From assembly GCA_016207165.1 (NCBI GenBank), contig JACQQD010000008.1:117447-181446 (forward strand): a stretch of 64,000 nt of DNA. Reading direction: 5' to 3'. Made by a program: the position numbers and the translations under genes. Below the pieces are notes generated by a model that made no database searches, was not told the DNA's origin, and worked only from the letters and a program-made list of their open reading frames with translations. Shown in pieces: positions 10,373 to 19,518 of this stretch (positions within the stretch are counted from its first letter, which is position 1; each line of letters starts with the position of its first letter). The stretch is from Candidatus Micrarchaeota archaeon (GTDB lineage: Archaea > Micrarchaeota > Micrarchaeia > Norongarragalinales > Norongarragalinaceae).

Positions 10373-10437
10373 GCTAATGGTGACGGTGGAATTGGATTTA
10401 AAGCGTGACGGCTGACACGGGAAGAATTGTTTGTTGG

Positions 10438-10782
10438 TTATGTTTTCGTTCGTCGGTTCCATTCGCGTCGTATTCGCTTGACGTATTTACTTCCGCTTCC
10501 TTTTTCATTTTTCCAAAGTCCCGCGGCGTTGTCCATGACTTTTTTTCTGAGTTTTATAGCAAGACCGGCAAATGAAACAAACCGCTTGGCGGTTTGTTGC
10601 ATGCTGCAAGCCGTTATCGGCTTGCATCATTTCACGACGAATAGGCCGGTCTTGCTAGACAGCACAGCACAAATTGCTATGGCAATTTGTGTGGCCTTGC
10701 AAATCTTAGCGATTTGCAAGAAACCAAGACTATTGGCTTGGGAAACTTTCTTGGTTTGCTGTATTGATGCCATCGATGTCAT
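10438..10782 (-). pseudogene. Small antitoxin-like ORF interrupted by the palindromic element
   Basis: Removing 10557-10761 plus one TA restores MTSMASIKLRKKVMDNAAGLWKNEKGSGSKYVKRIRREWNRRTKT*. Confidence 0.5.
10557..10761. mobile_element. TA-flanked palindromic mini-element, copy A (205 bp, with two nested 57-bp inserts)
   Basis: TA at 10555-56 and 10762-63; 91-bp core colinear with 20897-20987; inserts at 10572-10628 and 10664-10720. Confidence 0.8.
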
Positions 10783-10821
10783 TTCGCGTCAAGTTCTGAT
10801 GTTTTCTTCGATTTATTCGTT

Positions 10822-12075
10822 TCACACGGTGACGGTTTTTCCTTCGGTTGGAGCCGATGCGTCGAAGCCTTCGGCTTTGAGGTCCGCGACGAGGGCTTTG
10901 GCGGCGGATTCGTCGCCGTGCACGCAGAAGACGTGTTTGGGGTTGACGGCTTTCGCGTAGGCCACCAGCTCGGGGCCGGAGGCGTGCGCCGAGAACTCGA
11001 ATTGGCTTACCGGGAGGTTGACTTTGTCGGAGTAGCCGTTGAACCGCACTTTTTGGCCGTTTAGAAGCGCGTAGCCGTTGGATCCAGGGGCTTGGTAGCC
11101 GGTTAACAAAACGACGCCGTTTTGGCGGTGGTTCAGAGCCTTCAAATAGGATAATGCGGGTCCGCCGTCAAGCATTCCGGCGGTGGCGATGATGACTCCG
11201 GGTTTTTTGACGGCGGCTTGGCGTTGCGTGTGGGATTCCATGAAGCGCGTGCGTTTTACGGCGTCGCGCAAGAGGTTTGGGTTCTTGATGTAGGAGGGAA
11301 AATCCAGCATGATGTCGGTCACGGTTTTGGCCATGCCGTCCAAGTAGAAATCGGCTTGAACGCCTCTAGCTTGTAAAATGCAGAGGATTTCCTGCGCTCG
11401 GCCGATGGCGAAAGCGGGAACCAAGACGGTTTGGTTGTGGTCGACGGCGTCTTGGACTTGGTCGCAGAAGCGTTTTTCGAGTTCGTTTCGGTCGGGGTGG
11501 TCGGCTCCGCCGTACGTGCTTTCCGTGACCAGCACGTCGACGTCGCTTTTGGGTGGCTTGGCGCCGGCGTGAAGCCGCGTGGGTTCGGGTTTGAAGTCGC
11601 CGGTGTACAAGAGCGTTTTCTTGTTTTGGATGAGGACTTGCGCGGCGCCCAGGATGTGGCCGGCGTCGAAGAACTCGAAGCGGGTGTCTTCGTAGAACGC
11701 GTATTGGGCGTTGTAGGGAAGCGGAATGGCGTGTTTGAGCAGGGTCTTGACGTCTTTGCGGTTGTAGGGTAGCGCTTTCTTGTTTAAAATCGCGATTTTT
11801 TCGGAGTCTTCCCACAACAAGTTCACCAAGGGCAATGTGGGAAAGGTGGCGAAGGCGGGGATGGGGTGGTGTTTGTAGAGGGAGGGCGCGGCGCCGGAGT
11901 GGTCCAAGTGGGCGTGGGAGAGAATGAATGCGTCGGCTCTGATTTTCGAGAAATCCGGCATGCTGTCTTCTTCCCGGATTTTCATGCCCGCGTCCAAGAC
12001 GATTTTGACGTCGGATTCGACGAGAAACGCGCTTTTGCCGACTTCTTGGCAGGCGCCGATGAAGGTGAGCTTCAT
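10822..12075 (-). CDS. Metallo-beta-lactamase/beta-CASP ribonuclease (aCPSF-like)
   Basis: GACQEVGKS, SHAHLDHSG, AGHILG, YTGD, ESTYG, FAIGRAQE, FSAHA, VHGD. Confidence 0.9.
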   Translation of the reverse strand: MKLTFIGACQEVGKSAFLVESDVKIVLDAGMKIREEDSMPDFSKIRADAFILSHAHLDHSGAAPSLYKHHPIPAFATFPTLPLVNLLWEDSEKIAILNKKALPYNRKDVKTLLKHAIPLPYNAQYAFYEDTRFEFFDAGHILGAAQVLIQNKKTLLYTGDFKPEPTRLHAGAKPPKSDVDVLVTESTYGGADHPDRNELEKRFCDQVQDAVDHNQTVLVPAFAIGRAQEILCILQARGVQADFYLDGMAKTVTDIMLDFPSYIKNPNLLRDAVKRTRFMESHTQRQAAVKKPGVIIATAGMLDGGPALSYLKALNHRQNGVVLLTGYQAPGSNGYALLNGQKVRFNGYSDKVNLPVSQFEFSAHASGPELVAYAKAVNPKHVFCVHGDESAAKALVADLKAEGFDASAPTEGKTVTV

Positions 12076-12130
12076 TCGATTTCCAGAACGGCGGGACTGT
12101 ATTTAATGCATTGCACGGTTCGTGCCCTTG

Positions 12131-12430
12131 TCAGAGGGGTGTGGCGTGTTGGAGGACGTCCTTGATGATGACTGAGGTTTTCGATACTTTTTGGAATTCG
12201 TCGGGGGTATAGCACAGCAAGTCCGCCACAATGGGCACATCGGTGTGGCGCCAAATAAGGCCTCCCCGGTTCACGAATGGTGTTGCCTTGAATTTTTGGC
12301 TGATGATGATCAAGTCGTAGTCGGATTGGGCTTTGGCGGTGCCTTTGGCCCGGCTTCCGAACAAGTAGATTTTGGCGTCGGAAAAAAGGAGGCGTATGTC
12401 CTTCAGTAAGGCGCTTAGTTTTTCATCCAT
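12131..12430 (-). CDS. Minimal nucleotidyltransferase (MNT antitoxin-like)
   Basis: LFGSRAKG..SDYDL; DLLCYTPDEF. Confidence 0.85.
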   Translation of the reverse strand: MDEKLSALLKDIRLLFSDAKIYLFGSRAKGTAKAQSDYDLIIISQKFKATPFVNRGGLIWRHTDVPIVADLLCYTPDEFQKVSKTSVIIKDVLQHATPL

Positions 12431-12490
12431 GTCTCAATCAGTTCCAGGCCTTCTTGTGCGTCGGCCTTTTTTTAGTAGGTTGTTGCCGGA
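12415..12490 (-). pseudogene. Remnant of a HEPN toxin C-terminus
   Basis: PATTY*KKADAQEGLELIETWMKN* overlaps the MNT start as in HEPN-MNT pairs; has an internal stop and no recognisable N-terminus. Confidence 0.4.
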
Positions 12491-12668
12491 TGGCTTTTGT
12501 TTTTTCCGGTGCGCGCCTTCCAACCGTCTCTTCGTCGTTTGTCGAATTGGGTTGGCGTTTAAAGGAGGTGTCCGCGTTGTTTTCTTAAAGAGCCTTAGGC
12601 GTTTCCATGCCCGTCTTGCGGGGTTCATGGAAGGCGGTTTGGGTTTTTTTTGAAGAGGTGTTAAGGAA

Positions 12669-13037
12669 ATGGCTGGAAAAAGCATGTGGCCGATGTTGGG
12701 CGCGTACGCGTTCATCGTGGGCGTAGTGTTGGCAATCGTGTTGGGTGTATTGATTCCGCCGAACGCGTGGTTGTTGGCGGGCTTGTCCATCTTGGGGTTG
12801 CTCGTGGCGCTTTTGAACGTCACGGAAAAGGAAGTCCACGACTACTTGTTGGCCAACGTTACGGTGATCATTGGCGCGAACGCGTTTAACGTCATGGTCA
12901 CGTCTTTGGCGTCGCCGTTGGGCTTGGGTGCCATGGCGACGACGCTGCAGACGATTACGTCGAACCTGGTGTTCTTCGTGGCTCCAGGCGCCGTTTTGGT
13001 GGCCCTCAAGGAAATCTATCAGTTGGCCCGCAACTAA
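12669..13037 (+). CDS. Small 4-TM membrane protein
   Basis: Hydrophobic 122 aa (LLNVTEKE, FVAPGA); gaggtg SD-like site upstream. Confidence 0.8.
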   Translation: MAGKSMWPMLGAYAFIVGVVLAIVLGVLIPPNAWLLAGLSILGLLVALLNVTEKEVHDYLLANVTVIIGANAFNVMVTSLASPLGLGAMATTLQTITSNLVFFVAPGAVLVALKEIYQLARN

Positions 13038-13090
13038 GAAAACCGTTTGGGGGGCGTTTTGCCCCCGATTCTCTTTTTTCCGTTCTTTTT

Positions 13091-14083
13091 CTATTTCAAT
13101 AGTTCGGCTTTCTTCAAGGCGTTGAGGTCTTTGGATCGCGTCAGAAACATTGTGGTTTTCAGTTCGTGCTTGTATTTCTGGATGGCTTGCCGCACGCCCG
13201 AAACGCCGGCGTGTTGTTGGGCTTTGATGAAGGGGGACGCGGCGCCAGCCAGGGTGGCGCCCAATCGGATGGCTTTGGCGGCTTCCAACCCGGAGCGAAT
13301 GCCGCCGGAGGCAATTAATGGGACTTTGACGGCTTTGGCGCATTGGGCTAGGGCTGAAGCGGTGGGGATGCCAAAGTCCCAGAACACGTCTCCGCTTAAT
13401 CCGTGGCGGTGGTGTTCCACGGCGGACCAGGACGTACCGCCGGTGCCGGACACGTCGATGGCTTTCACGCCGGCTTTTTGGAGTTCCTTGGCGATGGTGA
13501 CGTTGATGCCGGCTCCGACTTCTTTGGCGATGACTGGCACCCGGAGGGCGTCACAGGTGTCCGCGATTTTTGCGAGGATTCCGTTCCAGTTCTTGTCGCC
13601 TTCGGGTTGCACGGCTTCCTGCAAGGGATTCAGGTGGATGCAGAGCGCGTCGGCATTAATGGCGTCCACGAGCCACTGGATTTGCTTGAGGGAGTATTGC
13701 TTGAGTTGGTAGGCTCCGATGTTGCCGCATAGGAAGAGGCCTTTCTGTTTGACGGCGTAGGTTTTGGAAAGCGTGGGGTCCTCCAGCATGGCGCGTTGGC
13801 TGCCGACGGCGAAAACGATGCCTTCTTGGGCGCAGGCTTGCGCGATTTCGGAATTGATTTTTTGGGCGTCGGTATATCCTCCAGTCATGCCGGTGACCAT
13901 GAATGGCGCTTTGAGGGCGTGGCCTAAAAACGTGGTTTCCAAGTTGACGGCGTGGAAGTCTTGTTCCGGCAAGGCATAGTAATTGAATCGGATGGCGTCA
14001 AAGCCGTTGCTTTGGTGGCCTTGGACGTCTTGGTTCAAGACGATGTCGACGTGTTCGCCTTTGCGTTTCTGGGTTTGCTTCAT
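13091..14083 (-). CDS. fni: Type 2 isopentenyl-diphosphate delta-isomerase
   Basis: RKGEHV, GMTGG, GSQR, HLNPLQE..QPEGD, KEVGAG, GGTSW, SGGIR. Confidence 0.95.
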   Translation of the reverse strand: MKQTQKRKGEHVDIVLNQDVQGHQSNGFDAIRFNYYALPEQDFHAVNLETTFLGHALKAPFMVTGMTGGYTDAQKINSEIAQACAQEGIVFAVGSQRAMLEDPTLSKTYAVKQKGLFLCGNIGAYQLKQYSLKQIQWLVDAINADALCIHLNPLQEAVQPEGDKNWNGILAKIADTCDALRVPVIAKEVGAGINVTIAKELQKAGVKAIDVSGTGGTSWSAVEHHRHGLSGDVFWDFGIPTASALAQCAKAVKVPLIASGGIRSGLEAAKAIRLGATLAGAASPFIKAQQHAGVSGVRQAIQKYKHELKTTMFLTRSKDLNALKKAELLK

Positions 14084-14099
14084 ATGACGGTTTACTCCT

Positions 14100-15188
14100 T
14101 CAGGCTTTTTCAAGGCGTAGGCCGGCGTTGTCGATGGCCAAGTCAAATACGGCGAGGCCTTGTTCAAGTAAGTGGCTTTTGAGGTTCTCGGCTTTTTCGG
14201 TGGATAGGCACAAGGCGGCGATGGAGTCCAGGCCCCCGGCTCCGGGGCCTTTGGCGACGAAGGCGCCGTGTTTTGGGGCGCCTGAAAGGATTTTTTCAAG
14301 TGGCGGGGGTTGGATGGGGGCCCCGCTTTCTTCTCCGAGTTTTGTGGTGAGGCTCCATCCTTCGTTGAACCACTTCTTGAATTCGTTGAGGTTTTCCGGC
14401 GAGAAATCGGTTTGCAGTTCGTCGAGGTACCCCATGGCGTTGACGTTGGCTTCGTTTAAGCGTTTGACGAGGTCGTGGTATTGTTCGGCGTGCATTTTTT
14501 TCCAGGCGTTCACGGTTTTGACCATGGACGTCGTGGACGCGCTGTCTTTGGGGAAGGTGGCAAAAACGAGTTGGAACAGATCGGGTGTAGCCAACGGCCT
14601 AACCAGGTAGTCCCAGGTTTCATCCGCGTTTTTTGGGAAGGATTCCAGGGTTTCGGGGGTGAAGCGCTGGTATTCGCAGGAGCCGAAACACGCCGCCGCC
14701 ACGTCGTAGCCTGACCCGATTTTGCCTTGGGCCTGCGCGTGCGCGGCTTGCGCCACGTGGTGCGTGGTTTTGAGGTCGGAAATGTCGTGGAACGCCAGCA
14801 GCCCGTGGGTCATGGCGGCGGTGGCGGCGGCGGAAGAACCCAACCCGCTTTTTCCGGCGGTGACGTTGAAGGCCGCATCCGTTCGGGTGTTGAGGTGGAA
14901 TGGTTTTGGCGTGATGCCTCTGCGTTCCAGGTATTGGAATGTTTTTTCGATGGCGGATTGAGCGAACTTGGTTTCCGGCGCGCCGCGTTCCAGTTCCAGT
15001 CGCCCGTTTTTCCACTGGGCGTGCGTGTCGACGTGGAATTGGGGGATTTGGATGCGGATGGTTTCCGCGGAACTGACTTCCGCGTGCACGCGGGCGGAAA
15101 CGGTGGACAAGTAACTGGTGTTGCCTTTTTCCAGGACGCTGTAGCCGCCAAGCCAACCGATTTTTCCGGGGGCGGAAGCTGAAATCAT
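14100..15188 (-). CDS. Phosphomevalonate kinase, ERG8-like
   Basis: SAPGK..GGYSVLE, KSGLGSSAA, AHAQAQGKIGSGYDVAAA, PGAGGLD; alternative GTG start at 15209. Confidence 0.9.
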   Translation of the reverse strand: MISASAPGKIGWLGGYSVLEKGNTSYLSTVSARVHAEVSSAETIRIQIPQFHVDTHAQWKNGRLELERGAPETKFAQSAIEKTFQYLERRGITPKPFHLNTRTDAAFNVTAGKSGLGSSAAATAAMTHGLLAFHDISDLKTTHHVAQAAHAQAQGKIGSGYDVAAACFGSCEYQRFTPETLESFPKNADETWDYLVRPLATPDLFQLVFATFPKDSASTTSMVKTVNAWKKMHAEQYHDLVKRLNEANVNAMGYLDELQTDFSPENLNEFKKWFNEGWSLTTKLGEESGAPIQPPPLEKILSGAPKHGAFVAKGPGAGGLDSIAALCLSTEKAENLKSHLLEQGLAVFDLAIDNAGLRLEKA

Positions 15189-15205
15189 GTGGTTGGAACC
15201 TTGGT

Positions 15206-16270
15206 TCACGTAAAGACGATTCCTTTTGATTGGTTGAAGGCGTGGGGGATGACGTTTCCGGATTCATCGAGCAGGTGGCCGGTTTCAAGGCGTTTGGGGC
15301 CGTTTCCAACGCCGCAGACCAGCGTCTCGGTGACCCCTGGAATTTCTTCCAGCATTTTTTGGACGGCTCCGGCTTGGTTTTTCGTGGTGTAGACGTGGGC
15401 GTTGGGTCCGGCGTCAAAGGTGTACGCCGCCTGGATGCCGTTGGCGTTAAACTCGTTCACGGCGTGCATGACGTCTTTGGAGTGGTCGTTGAGGTACAAA
15501 ATCGGGGGCCACGTGTCAAGCATCACGGCGTGCATGTTGCTGGACTCGCGCATGGTTAATTCGCCGAAGGTTTCAAAGTCTTTGGCTAGAACGGCTTTTT
15601 TCATGTCGTGGATGAGTCCGGGCAAGTACGCCAGGCGGGCTTTGTAGAGCTGGCTTGTGGCCACAGTCTGTTTCATGCCGGCTCGTGACGAGACTTTCTT
15701 TTTGGTGGCGTCAACGACGGCAATGACGTTGCGGATTTCCGGCCAATGCGTTGCCGGAGCGACTTGTTCGGCAAACGAGTCCGAGCCGTCGGCTTTGACG
15801 CCTTTCTTCCATTCCACGAATCCTCCCAGAACGGAGCGGCAGGCGGATCCGGAGCCCAGGCGCGCGAGCATGGAGGTTTCCCGGGGATTTAGTTTTAGTC
15901 CGGCGGCCATGGACGCGGCGCAGGAAAGCGCGGCAAGTCCTGCGGCGCTGGAGGCAAAGCCGGCGGCGGTGGGGAAACAGTTCAACGACGCGATGTGGGC
16001 TTTGTCTTGGATTCCGGCTTTTCGGCGGATGACGTCTAAAAGCTGTAGGCGTTCCGCGGTTTCCTTGTCTGAAAGATCGATTTTTTGGCCGTTGAGCCAG
16101 AACGAGTCGGCCTTGAATTTTTTCGAGTAGACGACCGTGGTGCGGGTCTTGAGGGTCTCGTCCATGGTAAAGGAAAGCGATCCTTCGGTGGGCAGGATGA
16201 GTTTCTCGTCGCGTTTGCCCCAGTACTTGACCACGGCAATGTTGGGCGTGGCTTCAAAAGTGGCTCTCAT
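15206..16270 (-). CDS. mvaD: Diphosphomevalonate decarboxylase
   Basis: NIAVVKYWGKRD, FPTAAGFASSAAG, GSGSACRS, YTFDAGPN. Confidence 0.95.
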   Translation of the reverse strand: MRATFEATPNIAVVKYWGKRDEKLILPTEGSLSFTMDETLKTRTTVVYSKKFKADSFWLNGQKIDLSDKETAERLQLLDVIRRKAGIQDKAHIASLNCFPTAAGFASSAAGLAALSCAASMAAGLKLNPRETSMLARLGSGSACRSVLGGFVEWKKGVKADGSDSFAEQVAPATHWPEIRNVIAVVDATKKKVSSRAGMKQTVATSQLYKARLAYLPGLIHDMKKAVLAKDFETFGELTMRESSNMHAVMLDTWPPILYLNDHSKDVMHAVNEFNANGIQAAYTFDAGPNAHVYTTKNQAGAVQKMLEEIPGVTETLVCGVGNGPKRLETGHLLDESGNVIPHAFNQSKGIVFT

Positions 16271-16953
16271 GGCGTCTTCACGTAGGATAGGATGTCTTGC
16301 GGCTTTTTTAAGGTCGTCACGTCTTCGTCGGGAGTCGGCGGCAATCCGTAGCCCCACTCCGCAAAAAACAATCGGGCGCGGCCTTGCAGGCTTTTCAGGA
16401 CGCGGGGCATGTCGTCGACGAACCACACGGTTTCTTCCTTGAGGCTTTCCACTTGCCGTTTTTTGAGTTCGTCGCTGGAGGCCGAGAAGCGGCTGGAGCC
16501 TACCACGCGGTCAAAGTAAGGGAACAATTGCTTGGCGGCGAGGTATTTTTTTAGGCTGGAGTCGTCGCGCGCCGAGACCACGGCCATGCGTGGGCCTTGG
16601 TTTTTGAGTTGTTTCAGGGTATCGATGATGCCGGGATAAACGGGGTTGTGGGGGAACTGTTTTTCCAGAAGCAAGTCGCGGTGCTTGTGGTAGAGTTCGC
16701 GAAGCTCCAGAACGCCGTTTTTTCGCTCCAGGCCGACGCGGTGGAGGTTTTCGCGGGTGTACGGAACGTGTTGTTGCCGGGCGAAGTACTGGATGAAGAA
16801 GTCGGTGGCTTGCACCGCGGTTTTTCGTTCGACTCGGAATTGTTTCAGGCTCAAGGGTTCAAGGCCGAATTCTTCCAGCGCCGCGTTGTAGCTGGCAAAG
16901 CATTCGTGGACGGTGTCCACCAAGACGCCGTCAAAATCCCAGGCTAAAAGCAT
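16267..16953 (-). CDS. HAD-superfamily hydrolase
   Basis: DFDGVLVDT motif I, VVSAR, FVDD, WGY; ATGA overlap with mvaD. Confidence 0.85.
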   Translation of the reverse strand: MLLAWDFDGVLVDTVHECFASYNAALEEFGLEPLSLKQFRVERKTAVQATDFFIQYFARQQHVPYTRENLHRVGLERKNGVLELRELYHKHRDLLLEKQFPHNPVYPGIIDTLKQLKNQGPRMAVVSARDDSSLKKYLAAKQLFPYFDRVVGSSRFSASSDELKKRQVESLKEETVWFVDDMPRVLKSLQGRARLFFAEWGYGLPPTPDEDVTTLKKPQDILSYVKTP

Positions 16954-17020
16954 TTGCAAAAACCCTTAAACCTTTGCGTACAGTTTTCCGTAATTGGTTT
17001 GTGGGGGTTGGATTGTTTTT

Positions 17021-18040
17021 ATGGTTCTGGTTTCCGCGTCGGCGCCAAGCAAGGTTCATTTGGCGGGCGAGCACAGCGTGGTGTACGGGGGTTGGGCGTT
17101 GGTGGCGCCGGTGGAAGTGGGTGGCAAACGCAACGCCGTTTCCCTGGAGAAACGCGGTGGCGGGTTTTGGTTTGGAGGCGACTTGGGTGCTGCTTGGCTT
17201 GAAGGCGGGGCCAAGAAGGGCGACGAAGTCTATCACCCCTTGTTGGACGTGGCCTTGCATGTGGCCGGCAAAACAGGCCGTAGCCTGGACGGATTGAAAG
17301 CCACGCTTTCTTGGGCCGGCGCCCCAAGGGGCACGGCGAATTCCGCGTCGATTTCCGTGGCGTTGGCTTTGGCGTTGTTCAAGCACTTCGGGAAAAACCC
17401 AGGCCAATCCGAGTTGTACGACGCGGGGTTCGTGGGCGACAACGCGTACCACGGCGGAAAGAGTTCGGGCGGCGACGTGGCCGCCGTTGTTTCCGATAAG
17501 GCCAAGAAGTTCCGGCGCGTGTTCAAGGACGGTGCCGTGGTGCCGGAGTCGTTGGACGTGGAACTTCACATGCCTCGCGGTACGCAGTTGGTGCTGGCTT
17601 CCACCCAAAAAGAAGGCCAGGAACGCTCCTCTACGGCCGCGCTCATCGAACAGTTTGCCAAGGCGCATGGCGTGTCCAAGAAGCCGGCGGAAATGTCGGA
17701 TGCCGAACGCCATGCGCTGTTTGACGCGTTTGATGTCGTGGTGGAGAAAATCGCTTCCTTGTGCGGGAGGGACGCGTCGCCGGAGGCGTTGGGAGCGGCG
17801 TTGGATGAAAACCATTCCTTGTTGGAAAGCGTGTCCACGCCCGCCATTGACCAAACCCTTTCCGTGGCGAAGCAGGCGGGGGCGTTGGGTGGGAAACTCA
17901 TTGGCGCCGGGGGCGCGGGTAGCGCGTTGATCGTCTTGGTGCCGGACGAGAAGCTGAAAACCGTCCAGTCGGCGGTGTCGGATCTTGGCTTTGAGTCGTG
18001 GCCCGTTGGCTTGGCGAAGCGCGGGCCGGCCTTGGATTAA
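17021..18040 (+). CDS. mvk: Mevalonate kinase (GHMP family)
   Basis: SAPSKVHLAGEHSVVYG, SGGDVAA, ENHSLL, KLIGAGG; pathway context. Confidence 0.85.
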   Translation: MVLVSASAPSKVHLAGEHSVVYGGWALVAPVEVGGKRNAVSLEKRGGGFWFGGDLGAAWLEGGAKKGDEVYHPLLDVALHVAGKTGRSLDGLKATLSWAGAPRGTANSASISVALALALFKHFGKNPGQSELYDAGFVGDNAYHGGKSSGGDVAAVVSDKAKKFRRVFKDGAVVPESLDVELHMPRGTQLVLASTQKEGQERSSTAALIEQFAKAHGVSKKPAEMSDAERHALFDAFDVVVEKIASLCGRDASPEALGAALDENHSLLESVSTPAIDQTLSVAKQAGALGGKLIGAGGAGSALIVLVPDEKLKTVQSAVSDLGFESWPVGLAKRGPALD

Positions 18041-18056
18041 CTTTTTTTGGGTTGGC

Positions 18057-18455
18057 TTAGTGAACGCGTTGAATGCGTTCGACGTGGTCAAAGTCCGAGT
18101 CAAACGAGAGGATTTCTCGGAGGCCTCGTTTGTTGGTGGCATGGACGCTGAGGGCGTCGGAGAGGCTGAATCGGCCGTATTTCTTCATCAGTTTGCCGGC
18201 GGCTTCCAGGTCTTGGACGCTTACAGATTCAATGGCGATGTTTTTCGCGTTCAGAAATGCCTGCAGTCCTTCGTGGGCGGCTTGCGGCCCGTCCCGGCTG
18301 AAAAGATACGTTACGGCTTCTTCGATGACGTGCGTGGTGACGACGAGGCGTTCATTGTCTTTGACGATGTCCTCGATGAGTTCTTTTGCTCGGTCATGAT
18401 GGGCGTCGCTTTTCCGGAACAATGCGATGAAAAGCGATGCATCGGCGGTCTTCAT
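18057..18455 (-). CDS. VapC/PIN-domain toxin
   Basis: DASLFIAL..DAHH, VIEE, LSLSDA-like motif, SFDSDFD. Confidence 0.9.
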   Translation of the reverse strand: MKTADASLFIALFRKSDAHHDRAKELIEDIVKDNERLVVTTHVIEEAVTYLFSRDGPQAAHEGLQAFLNAKNIAIESVSVQDLEAAGKLMKKYGRFSLSDALSVHATNKRGLREILSFDSDFDHVERIQRVH

Positions 18456-18734
18456 TTAATCCCCGTAAAGCACCTGATGTAGATCTTCCGCGGCATTGGA
18501 GGGCGGCCCGCTCTTGACGATGCCTGCAAAGTCCCTCAAGGTTTTTTTCTTTCCAGCGGTCAACCCCTGGTTTTCAAGGGTGAACGCCAATGCCTCCCCC
18601 ACGACTTCCGCGTCGGAGACCTTGGCTTCCCGCTGAAGAATCATTTTAGCCTTTAATTGATGCAGCTTGCGCATGACGGGCTCCGGCACGCGAAGTGAAA
18701 CGAGGTGACCCAAGAGAAAACCACCACGAGTCAT
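18456..18734 (-). CDS. Antitoxin cognate to the PIN toxin
   Basis: Abuts the PIN gene; VSLRVPE N-terminus; LRDFAG..SNAAEDLHQVLYG tail. Confidence 0.7.
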   Translation of the reverse strand: MTRGGFLLGHLVSLRVPEPVMRKLHQLKAKMILQREAKVSDAEVVGEALAFTLENQGLTAGKKKTLRDFAGIVKSGPPSNAAEDLHQVLYGD

Positions 18735-18750
18735 ATATTTTTTATACTTT

Positions 18751-19011
18751 TTATACTTTTTGGTATTTTTGACGCGCCGTTTTCAGGTCGTATCGTTTGC
18801 CGAAACCCGGTACCCGAACGGCTTTGGTCTTTCGGATTTTTTCCAGTTTTTTTAGGTATTCCGGCCGGATTTCCCGTTCCATGAGGGTTTGCCCGTATTC
18901 GGCCACCACGTAATTGAGTGCTTCGTCTTTCCGCTTGAAGCCATGCAAGGCCTTGACGACGTTCAACACGCGATCTGTTTTTTCATCCAAATGGACGACG
19001 GCTTGTTTCAT
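18751..19011 (-). CDS. DUF2683-like antitoxin
   Basis: RVLNVVKALHG..KDEALN..EIRPEYLKKL; direct repeats ttatttcaYgtaat upstream (19013-19046). Confidence 0.75.
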   Translation of the reverse strand: MKQAVVHLDEKTDRVLNVVKALHGFKRKDEALNYVVAEYGQTLMEREIRPEYLKKLEKIRKTKAVRVPGFGKRYDLKTARQKYQKV

Positions 19012-19147
19012 GTTATTTCACGTAATCTCATTTTATTTCATGTAATAAAACGGTTTCGGTGGCTGGTGGATGGGGTGGTGGAACGGTTGTCGAAACGCGT
19101 TCCGCCGCTGGATAACGTTTATTTTAGCCAATGTCTTGAATGGTTTC

Positions 19148-19501
19148 ATGGACTGTGTCTTGTGTTCGGAGGTTCAGGCCGTCGTTGCTGCCGGCGACCA
19201 TTACTGGGAGCCCCTGCCGGATTGCGTCAATGCGTTGGATGTTTTCGGGTATTTCGGCGATGACTTGGATTGCGTTTATCTTAAGAAGTGTCCGGCGTGC
19301 AAGACGTATTTCGCGGAGTACCACGCGGACCATTTTGAGTCCGGTGGCGCGGTAAGCCAACGCATTGAAAAAATCGATGCCGAGAAAGCCCTCGAAATCA
19401 TCAAGAAAGTGATGACGAAGGTTGAGGGTGCAGAGTGGCTTAAGTCTAAGTATTCGTTGGCCAAGCTGCAAAAAGAATTGAGGAGTTTAGAGAAGTCGTA
19501 G
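19148..19501 (+). CDS. Hypothetical Zn-binding protein
   Basis: CVLC and KKCPACKTYF Cys motifs. Confidence 0.6.
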   Translation: MDCVLCSEVQAVVAAGDHYWEPLPDCVNALDVFGYFGDDLDCVYLKKCPACKTYFAEYHADHFESGGAVSQRIEKIDAEKALEIIKKVMTKVEGAEWLKSKYSLAKLQKELRSLEKS

Positions 19502-19518
19502 CACACGTCGTGGTGGGT

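Noticed and set aside
10557-10761. Possible CRISPR array
   Set aside because: The hairpins are not identical repeats with spacers, and there are no cas genes in the window
10427-10960. 177-aa plus-strand ORF across the hairpin region
   Set aside because: It is a translation of the palindromic element and of the antisense strand of the RNase gene
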